Shown piece after piece: positions 12,415 to 26,125 of a stretch of 64,000 nt of DNA. A model generated the notes under the pieces. It searched no databases, had not been told where the DNA came from, and worked only from the letters and a program-made list of their open reading frames with translations. The stretch spans positions 1-64,000 of the forward strand of contig JAUCBJ010006256.1 of the NCBI GenBank assembly GCA_032718475.1. The letters run 5' to 3'. Source of the DNA: Nemertoderma westbladi. Lineage: Eukaryota; Animalia; Xenacoelomorpha. How positions within the stretch are numbered: position 1 is the stretch's first letter; every line of letters starts with the position of its first letter. A program made the position numbers and the translations under genes.

Positions 12415-12814
12415 TTTAGGACAGGGGGCATTGTTTTGTAGGGGCCATATCCTTTTTAATGGCCTTTTAAGTACATGGTCTAAAGTAGGCCATTTTGCTG
12501 CTATTAAAATTCAATAAACATGTCCACTTTCAGTGAGAAATAGTAAATAAATTCAGAAAATAAAAAAAGTTAATGAAAATATAAATCGTAAGATCGATAT
12601 TATGAAATGTAAGCAAATAAGACAATACCGATGGATCGTAATATTGTTATTTTCGCAGACTACATATTAAATTTAGAAATGAAGCGACATATTAAACACC
12701 TTTAACGAAGAATTATATTTTGTCATGAAATCGGCTATTTCTCCGCCGATTTTTGCTGGAATGATTTGAAATTTGTTCAGAAATGTTGACACTTGTTCAG
12801 AATACCATTTGCAC

Positions 12815-14790
12815 AAAAAGGCACTTTTGGCCACAGCAGAGTGCCATTTTGTGGCCTATTTTATTAATTATTTGGTTTGGCCATTTTTAAACACACCAGA
12901 CGATAATTAGTACCACAAAAAATAACTTTCAAATATAGTTTAAGATTTCAAAATGTTTCAGATTTAGTCATTAAAAACGTATGTTAATTCTAGGAAATGT
13001 TAAGGGATTTGAATATTGAGTATTTCTGAAAATACAGACTCAGACACACACGGGCACGATGTTACTCCCCCCGATGTTACTTCCCAGTCCCACTGTTGTT
13101 AACAACAGTTATTGTATCATATAATAAAAAATATAGGTCTACATCCACTGAAGTGCCCATCGTGAAGTGAAATCCCAAGTGAAGTGCGATATCAAGATTT
13201 CCTTAGAATATGCCCTGAATTAGAAATACAGAGATATGAAATGGCCCTAAAACCTAAAACAAATATATTAAATGGCCTTCCCAGGAAAATACACCCATGT
13301 TAGATTGAGTTCATAATCTACAGTTAATTACTTTAAATTTATTAACAGTGGCCCCTTTATAATATCAAAATATAAAATATGGCCCTAAATTCATAAATTA
13401 ATTTTATTGATGTCTATTGGCAGAAATAGACTGGCAGACAGACATGTGTCAAACGGAAAAGACAGGGGGAAGGATAATTGGGATTACAATCAGAGATGTG
13501 AGGCAAAGGTGGCTTCTACTGCTTGCATTGCCATTTGCCCATCGCCTTATAAGTTAATAATAAAAGTAAGTAATAATCGGTTCGTAAGTGGCTTGTAAGC
13601 CGCTTACAAAATGCATTATATTATTATGGTCGTAAAGTGAAATCCTTTTCCAGTGTCGTTATTTATGATATGTTAAGCTGAAACTTGTGAAATCAGTACT
13701 ATAGTACCTGTAAATTTCAAATTATATCAGGCTCAGCATATTATAGTTACCCCCCTCCCCTCATACCTCCCACCGTTGTTTACAGCAGTTATTGTATTAT
13801 ATAATAATAATATCCACCAAAATCCCAATTGAAGTGCGATATCAAGATTTCCTTAGAATATTCCCTCAATTAGAAATACAGAGATATGAAATGGCCCTAA
13901 AACCTAAAACAAATATATTAAATGGCCTTCCTAGGAAAATACACCCATGTTAGATTGAGTTCATAATCTACAGTTAATTACTTTAAATTTATTAACAGTG
14001 GCCTCTTTATAATATCAAAATATAAAATATGGCCCTAAATTTATAAATTAATTTTATTGATGTCTATTGGCAGAAATAGACTTGCAGACAGACATGTGTC
14101 AAACGGAAAAGACAGGGGGAAGGATAATTGGGATTACGATCAGAGATGTGAGGCAAAGGTGGCTTCTACTGCTTGCCTTGCCATTTATTTGCCCATTGCC
14201 TTATAAGTTAATAATAAAAGTAAGTAATAATAGTAAAGTGAAATCCTCCTCCAGTTTCGTTATTTATGATACGTTAAGCTGAAACTTGTGAAATCAATAC
14301 TATAATACAACTTGCGCTGCATCATTGGGGAGAAACTGATCCATAGGGCCTATGCAGATTTTTAAGTTTTTTATATGCAGTTTTAAATTTCACAAAATTT
14401 AAAACCTTCGATATTTCATATTTTTTAATCATTTTGACGTGACACCTGGCAATCATTATAGTAATAATTAAGGTGCATAATACTAGCTCAGGCACATTTT
14501 CCATTCAAAAACGTGCATTTATAATCTCTATACCTGTAAATTTCAGATTATATCAGGCTCAGCATTATTATAGTTAACCCCCTCCCCTCATACCTCCCAT
14601 ACCGTTGTTTACAGCAGTTATTGTATTATATAATAAATAATATCCACCAAAATCCCAATTGAAGTGTGATATCAAGATGTCCTTAGAATATTCCCTGAAT
14701 TAGAAATATGGAGATATGGCCCTAAAACCTAAAACAAATATATTAAATGGCCTTCCTAGGAAAATACACCAATGTTAGATTGAGTTCATT
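12815..14790 (+). repeat. Local tandem copies of an ~0.65-0.83 kb unit (GATATGAAATGGCCCTAAAACC...GGCAGAAATAGAC...)
   Basis: Near-identical blocks start at ~13232, ~13882 and ~14712; the same sequence recurs at 16880-17630 (inverted) and 18181-19470. Confidence 0.9.
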
Positions 14791-16879
14791 TTACAGGGTG
14801 CTTCAAGAGGGGCATGGCGCTTGTAAAAGCTTTTGCGGAATTGGCTGGTTATTTTCCCCGCAAAGTACTCTGTAGTTGGTTTAACGGGCATAAAAAGCCG
14901 TTTCATTACTGTACTGGTGTTTTAGTGGACATAAAAAGCCATTTCTTCAGTATGTGTACTTTAGCGGACATAACTAGCAATTTTATGTCGCAATACGCTA
15001 AATCCTCTTGACACAGTGTAGTTACTATGACGACGGCTAACAGCTGATCTGTACACGTGGAGCTTTTCCTTTGTTCTCTGTTCTTTCTTTGTTCGGTCGA
15101 CCAATCAGAGCGTTTTTTGACTCTGTGTTGGAGATTGTATACAGAAACTCGTGCAGTTGAGTCAGTATGTGTATTTTGTCCACAGCCAGAAGACCGGCTT
15201 TGGAACCTCTGTGTTTTCAGGCTTTAGCCCAACATTAGTAGGCTTGATCATCGAAACGTATATCTGTTATCAAACCACATATCATACCAATTCATGCCTA
15301 CCCATCCTACTCACCTAATCATATTGTCAACTACAAACACCGCATTTTTACTGCTACTTACTGTCGGTTATTCATTATATCGGCTGATGGAATATTATTA
15401 TATTGGATAATATCGATAAATTAATCATAAAACCCTCAATCTTCTTGATATACTGAAGGTAAGAGAGACCGGTTACATATAACGATTGCGACTTACATTA
15501 AAGTGGTTTTGAAGTGAATCTAATGCTATTTCATAGGCACTACATGTATCGGTCGTTGTTCTCTTTATATGTGACTAAATTAGTGAAGGTCGGCAGATCG
15601 GTGTGCAGCATTGTGCAGTAGTGTGCATGATTGTGATTGATAACAAAGCATCTCCTAAAGAATGCGCTATATACGTGAATCCATAGCCATCCCGTTGTGT
15701 CTAGTGTAAGTCATAACTCTGTTTACATATTTAGAGTGCCACGTCCTAAAGGAACTGTTAATATTTCCCGAAAGTGAATAATCTTTGTCAGAGATTATAT
15801 ATTACGAACAGTCGAATAATACAGTAGGCCTACACCGCAATAAGGTCAAGCTTCCGAATCCAGTCTCCCGGGTATATCCAGCGGGTGAATGGTCGCGCAT
15901 AGACTGGCTTCGGCTAATGTAGTGTATCAAATACTCGTCATAGGCTAAAGTCGATTTATAATCTAGAAGACATTTAAATTTGGCAGGTTAAACTGCTAAA
16001 GGTCTGAAAGCGCGAACAGCGCTTCTCCGGAGAGACAAATTTTAGATTTTTCGATTTTACTTCGTATAAGACATTTTCTTTTTCTTAATACGGAAATTTA
16101 TTTAATGATGATGTGTAATGATCAGTTTCAGTGATGTATGCGCTTGCATACATCAATTTCTTGATACGAATGTGTTGTTCAAAAACCCGTTCGAGTAATA
16201 ACATAACAACATAAATAATTATAACACCTACTTTTGGTCTACAAATGTAGACCTTGAGCGATACTGGGTTTTAATTCGAACTAATTTTAGAGCTAGCAAT
16301 AATTATAGTTTTAATTTTAAGACCAAAGACCCTAGAGTGTACAAAACAAAGAGGTAAAGTCGCTTTAAGTCCCATTGCCATTTAAAGGAGCAAGTTAGTA
16401 AAGGAGCAGGTTATAGAAGCGTGTTGGCGGAACCAAACCAATAAACGAAAGTTAACACATTTTACAAGATTATGCAGGTTACTTAATTGGGCCTTGGTTC
16501 TTTATTTTGTACTCACCCCTAATATTGTCTCTAATTGATAAAAAGGTATCTGGAGATGTATTAAGAATTATAAGATCCTTGAAGAATAACTCTAATAATT
16601 TTTGTCATCAAAGAAGAGGTGAAGACACTTATCCTAGATCAATCAAAATGAGGTAGCTGCTTGTATAAGGAATCCTACAATTGTTTAGTCACATTGGAAG
16701 AACAATATTACAGGCGTGCATTTATGTGTGCAATGCGTGCATGTGCTAGCCTATGTTCGGGGTGTATTCTAATTATGTTCTAACTGTGTTCTCGTGTGTT
16801 CCCTTATGTTCTATAATTATTTCTATCCGGCGTGCAAAAGCTTGATACAGACCCCTCTAACCATCTCACAATCCAGTCA

Positions 16880-17630
16880 GTTGCCAGGTGTCACATCAAA
16901 ACGATTATAAAATACGAAATATCGAAGGAAAAAATTTTGAGTATTTGGCCCTCTAGCAGTGGACTGGGGAACTGCATATGGATCAGTTTCTCCCAAATGA
17001 TGCAGCGCAGGTTGTATTATAGTATTGATTTCACAAGTTTCAGCTTAAACGTATCATAAATAACGAAACTGGAGGAGGATTTCACTTCACTATTATTACT
17101 TACTTTTATTATTAACTTATAAGGTGATGGGCAAATGGCAAGGCAAGCAGTAGAAGCCACCTTTGCCTCACATCTCTGATCGTAATCCCAATTATCTTTC
17201 CCCCTGCCTTTTCCGTTTGACACATGTCTGTCTGCAAGTCTATTTCTGCCAATAGACATCAATAAAATTAATTTATAAATTTAGGGCCATATTTTATATT
17301 TTGATATTATAAAGGGGCCACTGTTAATAAATTTAAAGTAATTAACTGTAGATTATGAACTCAAACTAACATGGGTGTATTTTCTTAGGAAGGCCATTTA
17401 ATATATTTGTTTTAGGTTTTAGGGCCATTTCATATCTCTGTATTTCTAAATCAGGGCATATTCTAAGGAAATCTTGATATTGCATTTCAATTGGGATTTG
17501 GGTAGATATTAGTTATTATATAATACAATAACTGCTGTAAACAACAGCGTTAAATATGAGGGGAGGGGGTAACTCTGTGAAACAGTACAACGTGCCCGTG
17601 CATGTCTGAGTCTGTATTCACAGATATACA
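16880..17630 (-). repeat. Inverted copy of the 13-14.8 kb / 18.2-19.5 kb unit
   Basis: Reverse complement of ~18390-19085; the same MMSIGRNRLAD pseudo-ORF appears on the minus strand. Confidence 0.9.
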
Positions 17631-17694
17631 CACTACAGTATAACCACATACTCTTTGCCGGAGTCATGATTGCTGCATAGAACATTGATACCAA

Positions 17695-18173
17695 CCGTGA
17701 CAGTGGAACAGATGGTGACTCCCCCCCCCCCCCCCCCCCCCAGGTCGGCGAGGTCTCAAGTGTTTGGAACTCATTCAACCTAAATAAACGTGCAGAACTC
17801 ACTCAAAAAATCAAAATGATATACGTGCTAGTTCCAAAGAATGGTAACCTAACACACTTTGGATCTTTTCATGAAATCACGTTGATCTCAATTACTGCAA
17901 GGATATAATACAGTACATTTTTATAGAATCACAATGGTCGCTTTTGTTTTTGATTACCGATAATTAGTTCCCTGATATTGTTCAAATGTAATCCAATGAG
18001 CAGACCCGATCCCAATCTGATCTGCAGAATACCTTTGCTGGGAAACAGAAATCTGAAACATTTCTTAAAATTCATATCATACGTTTTGAATGACTAAAAT
18101 TATGGAGAAGGGGGGGTGGGGGTGTGGGGGGGGGGGAGGGATTCACCATTCACCATATGTTCCACTGTCACGG
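17695..18173. mobile_element. MITE with ~25-bp TIRs
   Basis: CCGTGACAGTGGAACAGATGGTGA(C-tract) and (G-tract)TCACCATATGTTCCACTGTCACGG; CAA on both flanks (possible 3-bp TSD). Confidence 0.8.
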
Positions 18174-18180
18174 CAAAAAA

Positions 18181-19470
18181 AAGGCACTTTTGGCCACAGC
18201 AGAATGACATTTTGTGGCCTATTTTTTTAATTATTTGGTTTGGCCATTTTTAAACACACCAGACGATATTTAGTACCACAAAAAATAACTTTCAAATATA
18301 GTTTGAGATTTCAAAATGTTTCAGATTTAGTCATTTAAAACGTATTATGTTAATTCTAGGAAAAGTTAAGGGGTTTGAATATTGAGTATTTCTGTGAATA
18401 CAGACTCAGACACACACGGGCACGATGTTAATCCCCCCCCCCCCCCCATACTTGCCACCGTTGTTAACAACAGTTATTGTATCATATAATAAAAAATATA
18501 GGTCTACACCCATATCCCAATAGATATGAAATGGCCCTAAAACCTAAAACAAATATATTAAATGGCCTTCCTAGGAAAATACACCCATGTTAGATTGAGT
18601 TCATAATCTACAGTTAATTATATTAAATTTATTAAAAGTGGCCCCTTTATAATATCAAAATATAAAATATGGCCCTAAATTCATAAATTAATTTTATTGA
18701 TGTCTATTGGCAGAAATAGACTGGCGAACAGACATGTGTCAAACGGAAAAGGCAGGGGGAAGGATAATTGGGATTACAATCAGATATGTGAGGCAAAGGT
18801 GGCTTCTACTGCTTGCCTTGCCATTTGCCCATCGCCTTATAAGTTAATAATAAAAGTAAGTAATAATAGTAAAGTGAAATTCTCCTACAGTTTCGTTATT
18901 TATGATACGTTAAGCTGCAACTTGTGAAATCAATACTATAATACAACCTGCGCTGCATCATTGGGGAGAAAATGATCCATAGGGCCTATGCACATTTTTA
19001 AGTTTTTTATATGCAGTTTTAAATTTCACAAAATTTAAAACCTTCGATATTTCATATTTTATATTCATTTTGACGTGACACCTGGCAATCATTATAGTAA
19101 TAATTAAGGTGCATAATACTAGCTCAGGCACATTTTCCATACAAAAACGTGCATTTATAATCTCTGTACCTGTAAATTTCAGATTATATCAGGCTCAGCA
19201 TATTATAATTAACCCCCTCCCCTCATACCTCCCATACCGTTGTTTACAGCAGTTATTGTATTATATAATAAATAATATCCACCAAAATCCCAATTGAAGT
19301 GCGATATCAAGATTTCCTTAAAATATTCCCTGAATTAGAAATACAGAGATATGAAATGGCCCTAAAACCCAAAACAAACATATTAAATGGCCTTCCTAGG
19401 AAAATACACTCATGTTAGATTGAGTTCATATTGTACAGTTAAATTACATTAAATTTATTAACAGTGGCCC
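18181..19470 (+). repeat. Further direct copy of the 12.8-14.8 kb duplicated block
   Basis: 18181-18510 matches 12817-13143; 18520-19430 matches 13882-14790. Confidence 0.9.
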
Positions 19471-19554
19471 TATCAAAATATATAAAATGACCTTTTAGAT
19501 TTACAGTAAATATATTGCAGCCAATTGGAAAATATAATTTGGCAATTGGCAATT

Positions 19555-19985
19555 ACGATTCCCCGTACTTAGTTCCAATTTAAGCCTCATGCGAATTTAG
19601 TTCCAATGGAAAATAAGTTAGTTCCAATGGAAACGAATTTAGTTCCAATTTTGGCGAATTTATTTCCAATTTAGGCGAACTTATTTCCAATAACTAGAGA
19701 AAAAAGTTCGTACCCATTGGAACTAAATTCGCTTCCATTGGAACTAAATTCGCATCCACTGGAACTAAATTCGCATGCATTGGAACTAGATTCGCATCCA
19801 TTGGAACTAAATTCGCATCCATTGGAACTAAGTTCATTTTGATATTCTGGGATTGGAACTAAGTTCGCCTCGATTGGAACTAAGTTCGCTTTGTAAAATT
19901 TATTTTGGAACTAAATGCATTTCAATTGGAACTACATAAGTTCGCCTTTGAAAATGTGCGATTGGAACTAAGTTCGTGCTAACCT
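19555..19985. mobile_element. Foldback MITE built from ~21-bp subrepeats
   Basis: GCGAATTTAGTTCCAAT repeats on the left are mirrored by ATTGGAACTAAATTCGC repeats on the right; the right end is ...GTTCGTGCTAACC. Confidence 0.75.
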
Positions 19986-20024
19986 TATGAGTTACCAGTG
20001 GAGCACGGGCCTTTTAGTAGAAGC

Positions 20025-20298
20025 CTACTACTACTACTAGGATCGGCATGCTGCATTGCAGCTGCATTTTTAAGAATGCTGTGCCGGCTTGTCAACAAAA
20101 TTGCACCGCCACAACTCCCTATCACCCATGACATTTGCTAGATCATCCGCATCTTTAAGGCCAGTGTCCTTTAAGATGCGTCTCAAGAAAGTCATGGGCT
20201 GTCCACCATGCTTATTCACTCCATGAGGCTGCCAAAGTACAAGATTATGCACTGGCTGGTCCTCACGGCGAAAGCAATGTCCTGCAAAGCGGAGGCGA
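20025..20298 (-). mobile_element. 5'-truncated RTE-clade LINE copy with TSD
   Basis: Encodes RLRFAGHCFRR...W (RTE RT C-terminus), has a (TAG)n tail, is near-identical to 51461-51737, and is flanked by the 13-bp direct repeat TTTAGTAGAAGCC. Confidence 0.9.
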
Positions 20299-20479
20299 TT
20301 TAGTAGAAGCCACATTCAGCGTCACACCTCTGATTGTAGTTTAGGAATGTAATTTTGTAAATTTAGGGCCATTTTTTATATTTTTATATTTTGTTAGGGC
20401 CACTATTAATAAATTTAATGTAATTTAACTGTACAATATGTTCAATTCCTATATTAATGATTGTGGCCCTCATTAGACA

Positions 20480-20835
20480 ATGTTCCTAAGGGCCATTTAA
20501 AAGGAAGTGGCCCATTCATGACATGTCCAATATGAGCCACTTAAATATAAAATAGCCCTCAGTAGTGAGTAGACAATGTTCGTAAGGGCCATTTAAAAGG
20601 AAGTGGCCCATTTAAGACAATGTCTCATTTGAGCCACTTGAATGTAAAATGGCCCTAAGTAAACAATGTTTGTAAGGGCCATTTAAAGGGAAGTGGCCCA
20701 TTCAAGACAATGTCTCATTTGAGCCACTTAAATGTAAAATGGCCCTCAGTAAACAATGTTTGTAAGGGCCATTTAAAAGGAAGTGGCCCATTTCAGACAA
20801 TGTATCATTTGAGCCACTTAAATCTAAAATGGCCC
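20480..20835 (+). repeat. ~90-bp tandem repeat made of ~30-bp TGGCCC..GACAATGT..GGGCCA submotifs
   Basis: Three to four copies; related motifs at 8830-9250 and 21160-21240. Confidence 0.85.
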
Positions 20836-20879
20836 TAGATGGCAATAGATACGAATTGATTTCTACATCTAGTTTCTCG

Positions 20880-21134
20880 CATTACATGTGTTTTACGTTG
20901 GTTCTGAATTCATTGGAATAAATAAAAACGGCTTTAGACATTTCAAATTGTATTTTTCGGAGGTGTGTGCCAAATTAATAATAAACAAAACTAATAACAA
21001 AATTTTAATAAAAAAAACTTCCCAAGAAATTGGAATATTTATAATATTCCAACCCCAGAAAACCTAAAAATGTTATTTTAAGCACGCTAATAAGAGTAAA
21101 TTTTTTATTATTATTTCCGGTATGAATAGGGTTA
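20880..21134. mobile_element. Fragment related to the 10470-11993 TTAA element
   Basis: Ends in AATAGGG|TTAA and shares the internal GAATTCATTGGAAT / CGGAGGTGTGTGCCAAAT-type sequence. Confidence 0.45.
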
Positions 21135-21296
21135 AAGGTGTAAAAAGGGTAAAAAGTTAAAGTGGCCCATTCAAGACAATGTCTCATTGGAGCCACTTAA
21201 ATGGCCCTCAGTAGACACTGTTCCTAAGGGCCATTTAAATTGGTCTGGGTCCTTCAAGACAAATCTCCCATTGGATACACGCAATGAAGGAAATGT

Positions 21297-21380
21297 CATA
21301 TCATATCATAGCATAGCATAGCATAGCATAGCATAGCATAATACCATATCATACATACATAACATAACATAATGCATAAC
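21297..21380 (+). repeat. (ATAGC)n/(ATATC)n pentamer microsatellite
   Basis: Directly visible. Confidence 0.85.
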
Positions 21381-22589
21381 TATATAATAATTCAGCTGGT
21401 CGAGACAATGACAAATATAGAATAGGCCCTATAACAATATTATAGATATAGAATAATAATGAAATTTATAGAGGCACATAAATAATGGCTATAATAATGT
21501 AGCACATACTGAATTTGTAAGGCTGAAGTGTTTTCAATACTAACTGCTAATGGATTATATTCCTGTCGCTAAAATATCGTTTCTAGTAGTCGTGAAATGT
21601 TAGGATACATACCTAACATAACATCTACAGTTAGTTATCATAGCATGCATAGCATACATCTTATATCAGCAAACCAAACATAAACTGTAGCATGCCCTAA
21701 AACTAAGGGTCGGACGATACCATGCCAAGCATAGTTATATACCATACCATACATACCTTAAATAGCTTGCAACATTGTAATCCTAAAGTATATTTCCTTG
21801 TTTTTTAGGTTTCAAACTATGTTTTGTTAAAAACTGTAGTGGCCGCTAAATGAATCAAGTTTCCATAATTATTCATGTGTATTCATGTTGTATTTGTGCA
21901 AATTATCAAACCTTCCGTTTGGCACAGCTTAGTGAAGTACAAGAGACGGCGAAGCACATAATAACAAAGAATCGAATATAGTGGCTGCAGATATGGTTTG
22001 ACAAATGGGAGCTAGGTATATTAGGTAGTATTTCAAGGTCTACCTTTTTTTTTGCCTGAGCCGCTAGCGGAATGGTAAGAGCGCCAAACTGGCGGTCACC
22101 ACTTCGATCCCATCTGGACGTCATTCTCGACTTTGCTAAGCTGTGCCCAACAAAAGTTATAATAATTATTCATGAATCAATAATTATTGCTGTTCAATTT
22201 ATTTCAGGGAAATTCGTTGAGTAGAAACATATGTAATTATCAGATTCTGCATTTTTGCACTTCTGTTTCTCGCTACTTTTCCTTGTTTCGGCGTCTATAT
22301 TCTACCTATATTACTTTTTTTTAAAGAAAACTCTATAATTAGAGCCATTGTGTCAATTATTTTCTTCCACCACTGCGTGGAACATCGTGGTATTTATTGC
22401 TATTTCAAAATATATTTTAGAAGGAAAAAAGTTCTGGAAGGGCCATACCTCACTACTTGTTAATTAGAGCCCCCTAGTGGATCATATTAGTATTTCATTT
22501 ACATCTAAGCAAGTTTGTTGGGTATGCTCAAAAGTTATATATTCGCACTGGCCCTTATCGGCCAATGCATATATATATATATATATATA

Positions 22590-24690
22590 TAAAATGCAGC
22601 TGCAATGCAGAATGCCGATCGTAGTAGTAGTAGACCTGTACTCGTGTGTACACATCACCGAGTTCTAGATTGGGGTCATCTTAATCTTCTACTTCTTTTT
22701 GCTCTTGATCAGTTTGTTCTGTGTCAGATCCTCATGGGGTTATATTGCTGTCTGTCGCACGGGTCTGGCTGCGTCCTTTGGGATCAGGGACTTACTTGGT
22801 TAGAAAGCATCATTTCTTTTAGGACGGTTGTACCATTCTTTTTCTTAATTGTGGTTTACTACAGTGTGTTTGTTCTATGCATTTTCTTTATAACTGAAGT
22901 TATTACCGACGTATTACTGTGTCAAGTACATTGCACACATTTCCAACCAGACACTATATAACATTGGAGGTGTCTCATTGGTTCCCCCAAGCTTGACACT
23001 AGAACAAACTTTGCAGGACATTTTTTCACCGTAAGGACCAACACATAACGGTCTTTGAAAAGTTGGTGCAAAGCTATACAATATATTTATAATAAATCAC
23101 AGCAGGGATCCCATTGAGAGACTGCTCCATGGAAATCGGAATGGGTTCCGTAAAGGTCGTGGGACCATTGAGCCCATTTTGGCACTTAGAAGGATAATTG
23201 AAGAGTTATCAAAGAAGAAAGAGAGGCCTCTATCTGGCTGTTATCTTTGTTGACTTCTTTAAGGCCTTTGATTCAGTCTCTCGCTCACGTATGTTCAGCA
23301 TGCTTTCATTATATGGGATTCCTGATGAAATTTCCATAAAGGTCTTGGGACCATGGAGCCCATTTTGGCACTTAGAAGGATAATTGAAGAGTTATCAAAG
23401 AAGAAAGTGAGGCCTCTATCTGGAAGTTACCTTTGTTGACTTCTTCAAGGCCTTTGATTCAGTCTCTCGCTCACGTATGTACAGCATACTTTCCTTATAT
23501 GGGATTCCTGATGAAATTATTGCAGTAATCATATCAGTATACGATGGTTCGACGACATTTGTGTCTACTGTAGATGGTGACACAGAACCATTCGAAGTGT
23601 TATGGGGAGTCCTCCAGGGAGACACACTTGCGCCATCCTTGTTCATAATTTTGGTTGACTATGTTCTACGCATGTCCTTAGATCATCATAATAATGATGG
23701 GGGTGATGGTAACTCCACCTACTGGCTCCAGAAGTTGAGGAAATCCTGCCAAGTACATAACTGATCTAGACTTTGCTGATGAGTTAGTAGTACTCTCATA
23801 ATCACGAGAGGGAGCCCAACTCAGCTCATTAGAACAGGCTGCTTCTAGTGTTGGTCTTTTTATTAACTCCAAAAAGACCACAATTTTGACAGTTAACTTT
23901 GAAAGTCCTCACCAAGTCTTTGACCGGATGAGCATAAGCTCCAAGGATGGTATGCTTGAGCATGTGGACGACTTCTGTTACCTGGGATCATGGATCTGGA
24001 AGTGAGGTGAGGACCTTCGAATACGTAAGGGAAAGGCATGGGCAGCCTTGAATGGGCTTTCCAGGATTTGGAAGTCACATAGAAGCCATTGGGAACATAA
24101 GGTTCGATTATTTAGAGCAGCAGTAGTTCCACAGGACTGAGGACTGAGGACACCAAATCTCTGGATGGCACATTCACAAGAATGATAACGCCGGGTACAC
24201 AGTATCAAGTACAATCAATGCTCACATCTCCAACCAGACACTATATAACATTGGAGGTGTCTCATTAGTTCCCCAAGCTTGACACTTGAACAAAGGCGCC
24301 TCCACTCTGCAGGACATTGTTTTCGCTGTGAGGACAAGCCGTGCATAATCTGGTGCTTTGGCAACCCCATGGAGAAAATAAGCATGGTGGTCAGCCCAGA
24401 CGTTAGTGAGACGCCTCTTAAAGGACACAGTCCTTGAAGATGGGGATAGTTTCGTGAAAGTCATGGGGGATAGGGAGTTGTGGCGGTGCAATTTTGTTGA
24501 TAAAGCTAACATAGAATTCTTAATGCACAGCACACTGTATCACTGAGCACACTGTCAATTGTAGATTGTGGTGTATGTTGGGGTGCGATGTGGATTGCAT
24601 GGTGGTGGCACAAAAATAATTTTGTTTAAGCCAGCATAGCTTCTCAATGTGCAGATTCAATGCAGCAGGCCGATTATAGTAGTAGTAGGC
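22590..24690 (+). mobile_element. Decayed, rearranged RTE-clade LINE (RT region, 3' UTR, (TAG)n tail)
   Basis: Contains FVDFFKAFDSV, GVLQGDTLAP and DLDFAD motifs with frameshifts, an internal ~187-bp duplication (23155-23330 / 23345-23520), extra 3' pieces at 22590-22632 and 22930-23070, and a tail at 24678-24688. Confidence 0.9.
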
Positions 24691-24999
24691 CCTAGTATTA
24701 TTATACTATTAATTTGTCATAGGTTAATTTCTTGTGCAAATGTGGTTATTAAGTTCTAGAACAAATTAATTGAAGAAAATCATGATTAAGGGAAATGAAA
24801 TTCCTCAAAAATTAAAAAATTAAAACATAATTTTTCAAGCACATTTCTGGTAAATTTACCCTATTAATTGGTCCCAATTATATTATATATTATATATATA
24901 CTGTAGATAGGCCTATAAATTATTGTAGGAAGATGCAGTAGGCCTATATTTCTTGAATATATAAGAAACCGTCGTGGAATAAGGGATCCGGTTTAGTGT

Positions 25000-25240
25000 A
25001 TATATATTTGTAAGCATAAAATAATAAATAAAAATATATTATATTAAATAAACCTACTTTATTTTTAATTTATTTAATTAAAAAATAGTTGGTTTTCTAC
25101 GCTTGAAAAATATATATTATATCGAAAGCTTGTGATAAAGTTATATATGAAATTTTTCTGTTGTCGATCTAGGTTTAAATAATATTTTATTTAAAAATAA
25201 TATTTTATTTATTTATTATTTTATGCTTACAAATATATAG
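25000..25240. mobile_element. AT-rich foldback/MITE
   Basis: TATATTTGTAAGCATAAAATAATAAATAAA is inverted at ~25210-25239. Confidence 0.6.
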
Positions 25241-26125
25241 ATAGGCCTATATATAAATTTGGCTGTGTGATTCATCCTAATTCTCTTTAAGAGAAGTTGT
25301 TTTTTTGGATAACATGTGTTGGACTCCCTCTCCTACAGTAGATCGGAAGAGAGGTTGGAGCTCAGGGAGCTCAGTCAAAGGCTTCATGGAGTTACCCATA
25401 CCCAATGGGCTGATTTACAGACAATGTACACAGCTAGTTTTAAACCATGTTATCCCATTGCAGATTTGGAGGTCTATTCCTAAACTCTATATCCATGCCT
25501 GACTCAACAAAAGACCTCATTATGACCAGACCTATCGATTACTGGCTGGTCAGAATCAATAATGGTCACATGGCAATGAAAACTGCAATTATAAATTGAT
25601 GGAACAGATTGATTGTCATAACAGTGAAGCACTCAAAACAAGTAATAATTTGCCTGTAATTATAAAACAATAAGTCACCATTTTGATTGAGTGGTTTTTT
25701 TTAATGATGAATGACATTTTAGTCTTCTGTTTACTAATGGTGTGTTCTGGGATAAGTTTTATTGCTTACAGCTGTTCCTTTTAAAATTATCAAATTAATT
25801 TCAAATAATATAATCTGTATGTAGATGCCATTTCCTCATTCTATCATTATTCAGTAAATATATACAGTCACTGCATTTTAAAAATAAACGTTTTAATCTC
25901 AATTTATTCAAAACACCCGAAGTCGTCTTTGCTTTAATGGTCATTTAACAAAGGTTAGCACCAAATATATATATATATATAAAGCGTCAGTCTTATTAAG
26001 ATGTGAAACCATTGGGTTTCGATTCTGGATCAGGACTTTTTGATGAGTTTCTATGTCTTTTTGTTGTTGAAGATTAGGCAGTTTCGCTTGCTAGTTGATC
26101 TAGTATAAGATTATATATATATTTA

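Noticed and set aside
13407-19140. Repeated MMSIGRNRLAD / MENVPELV small ORFs as a gene family
   Set aside because: Non-ATG or weak starts, frames differ among copies, no domain; explained by the duplicated non-coding unit.
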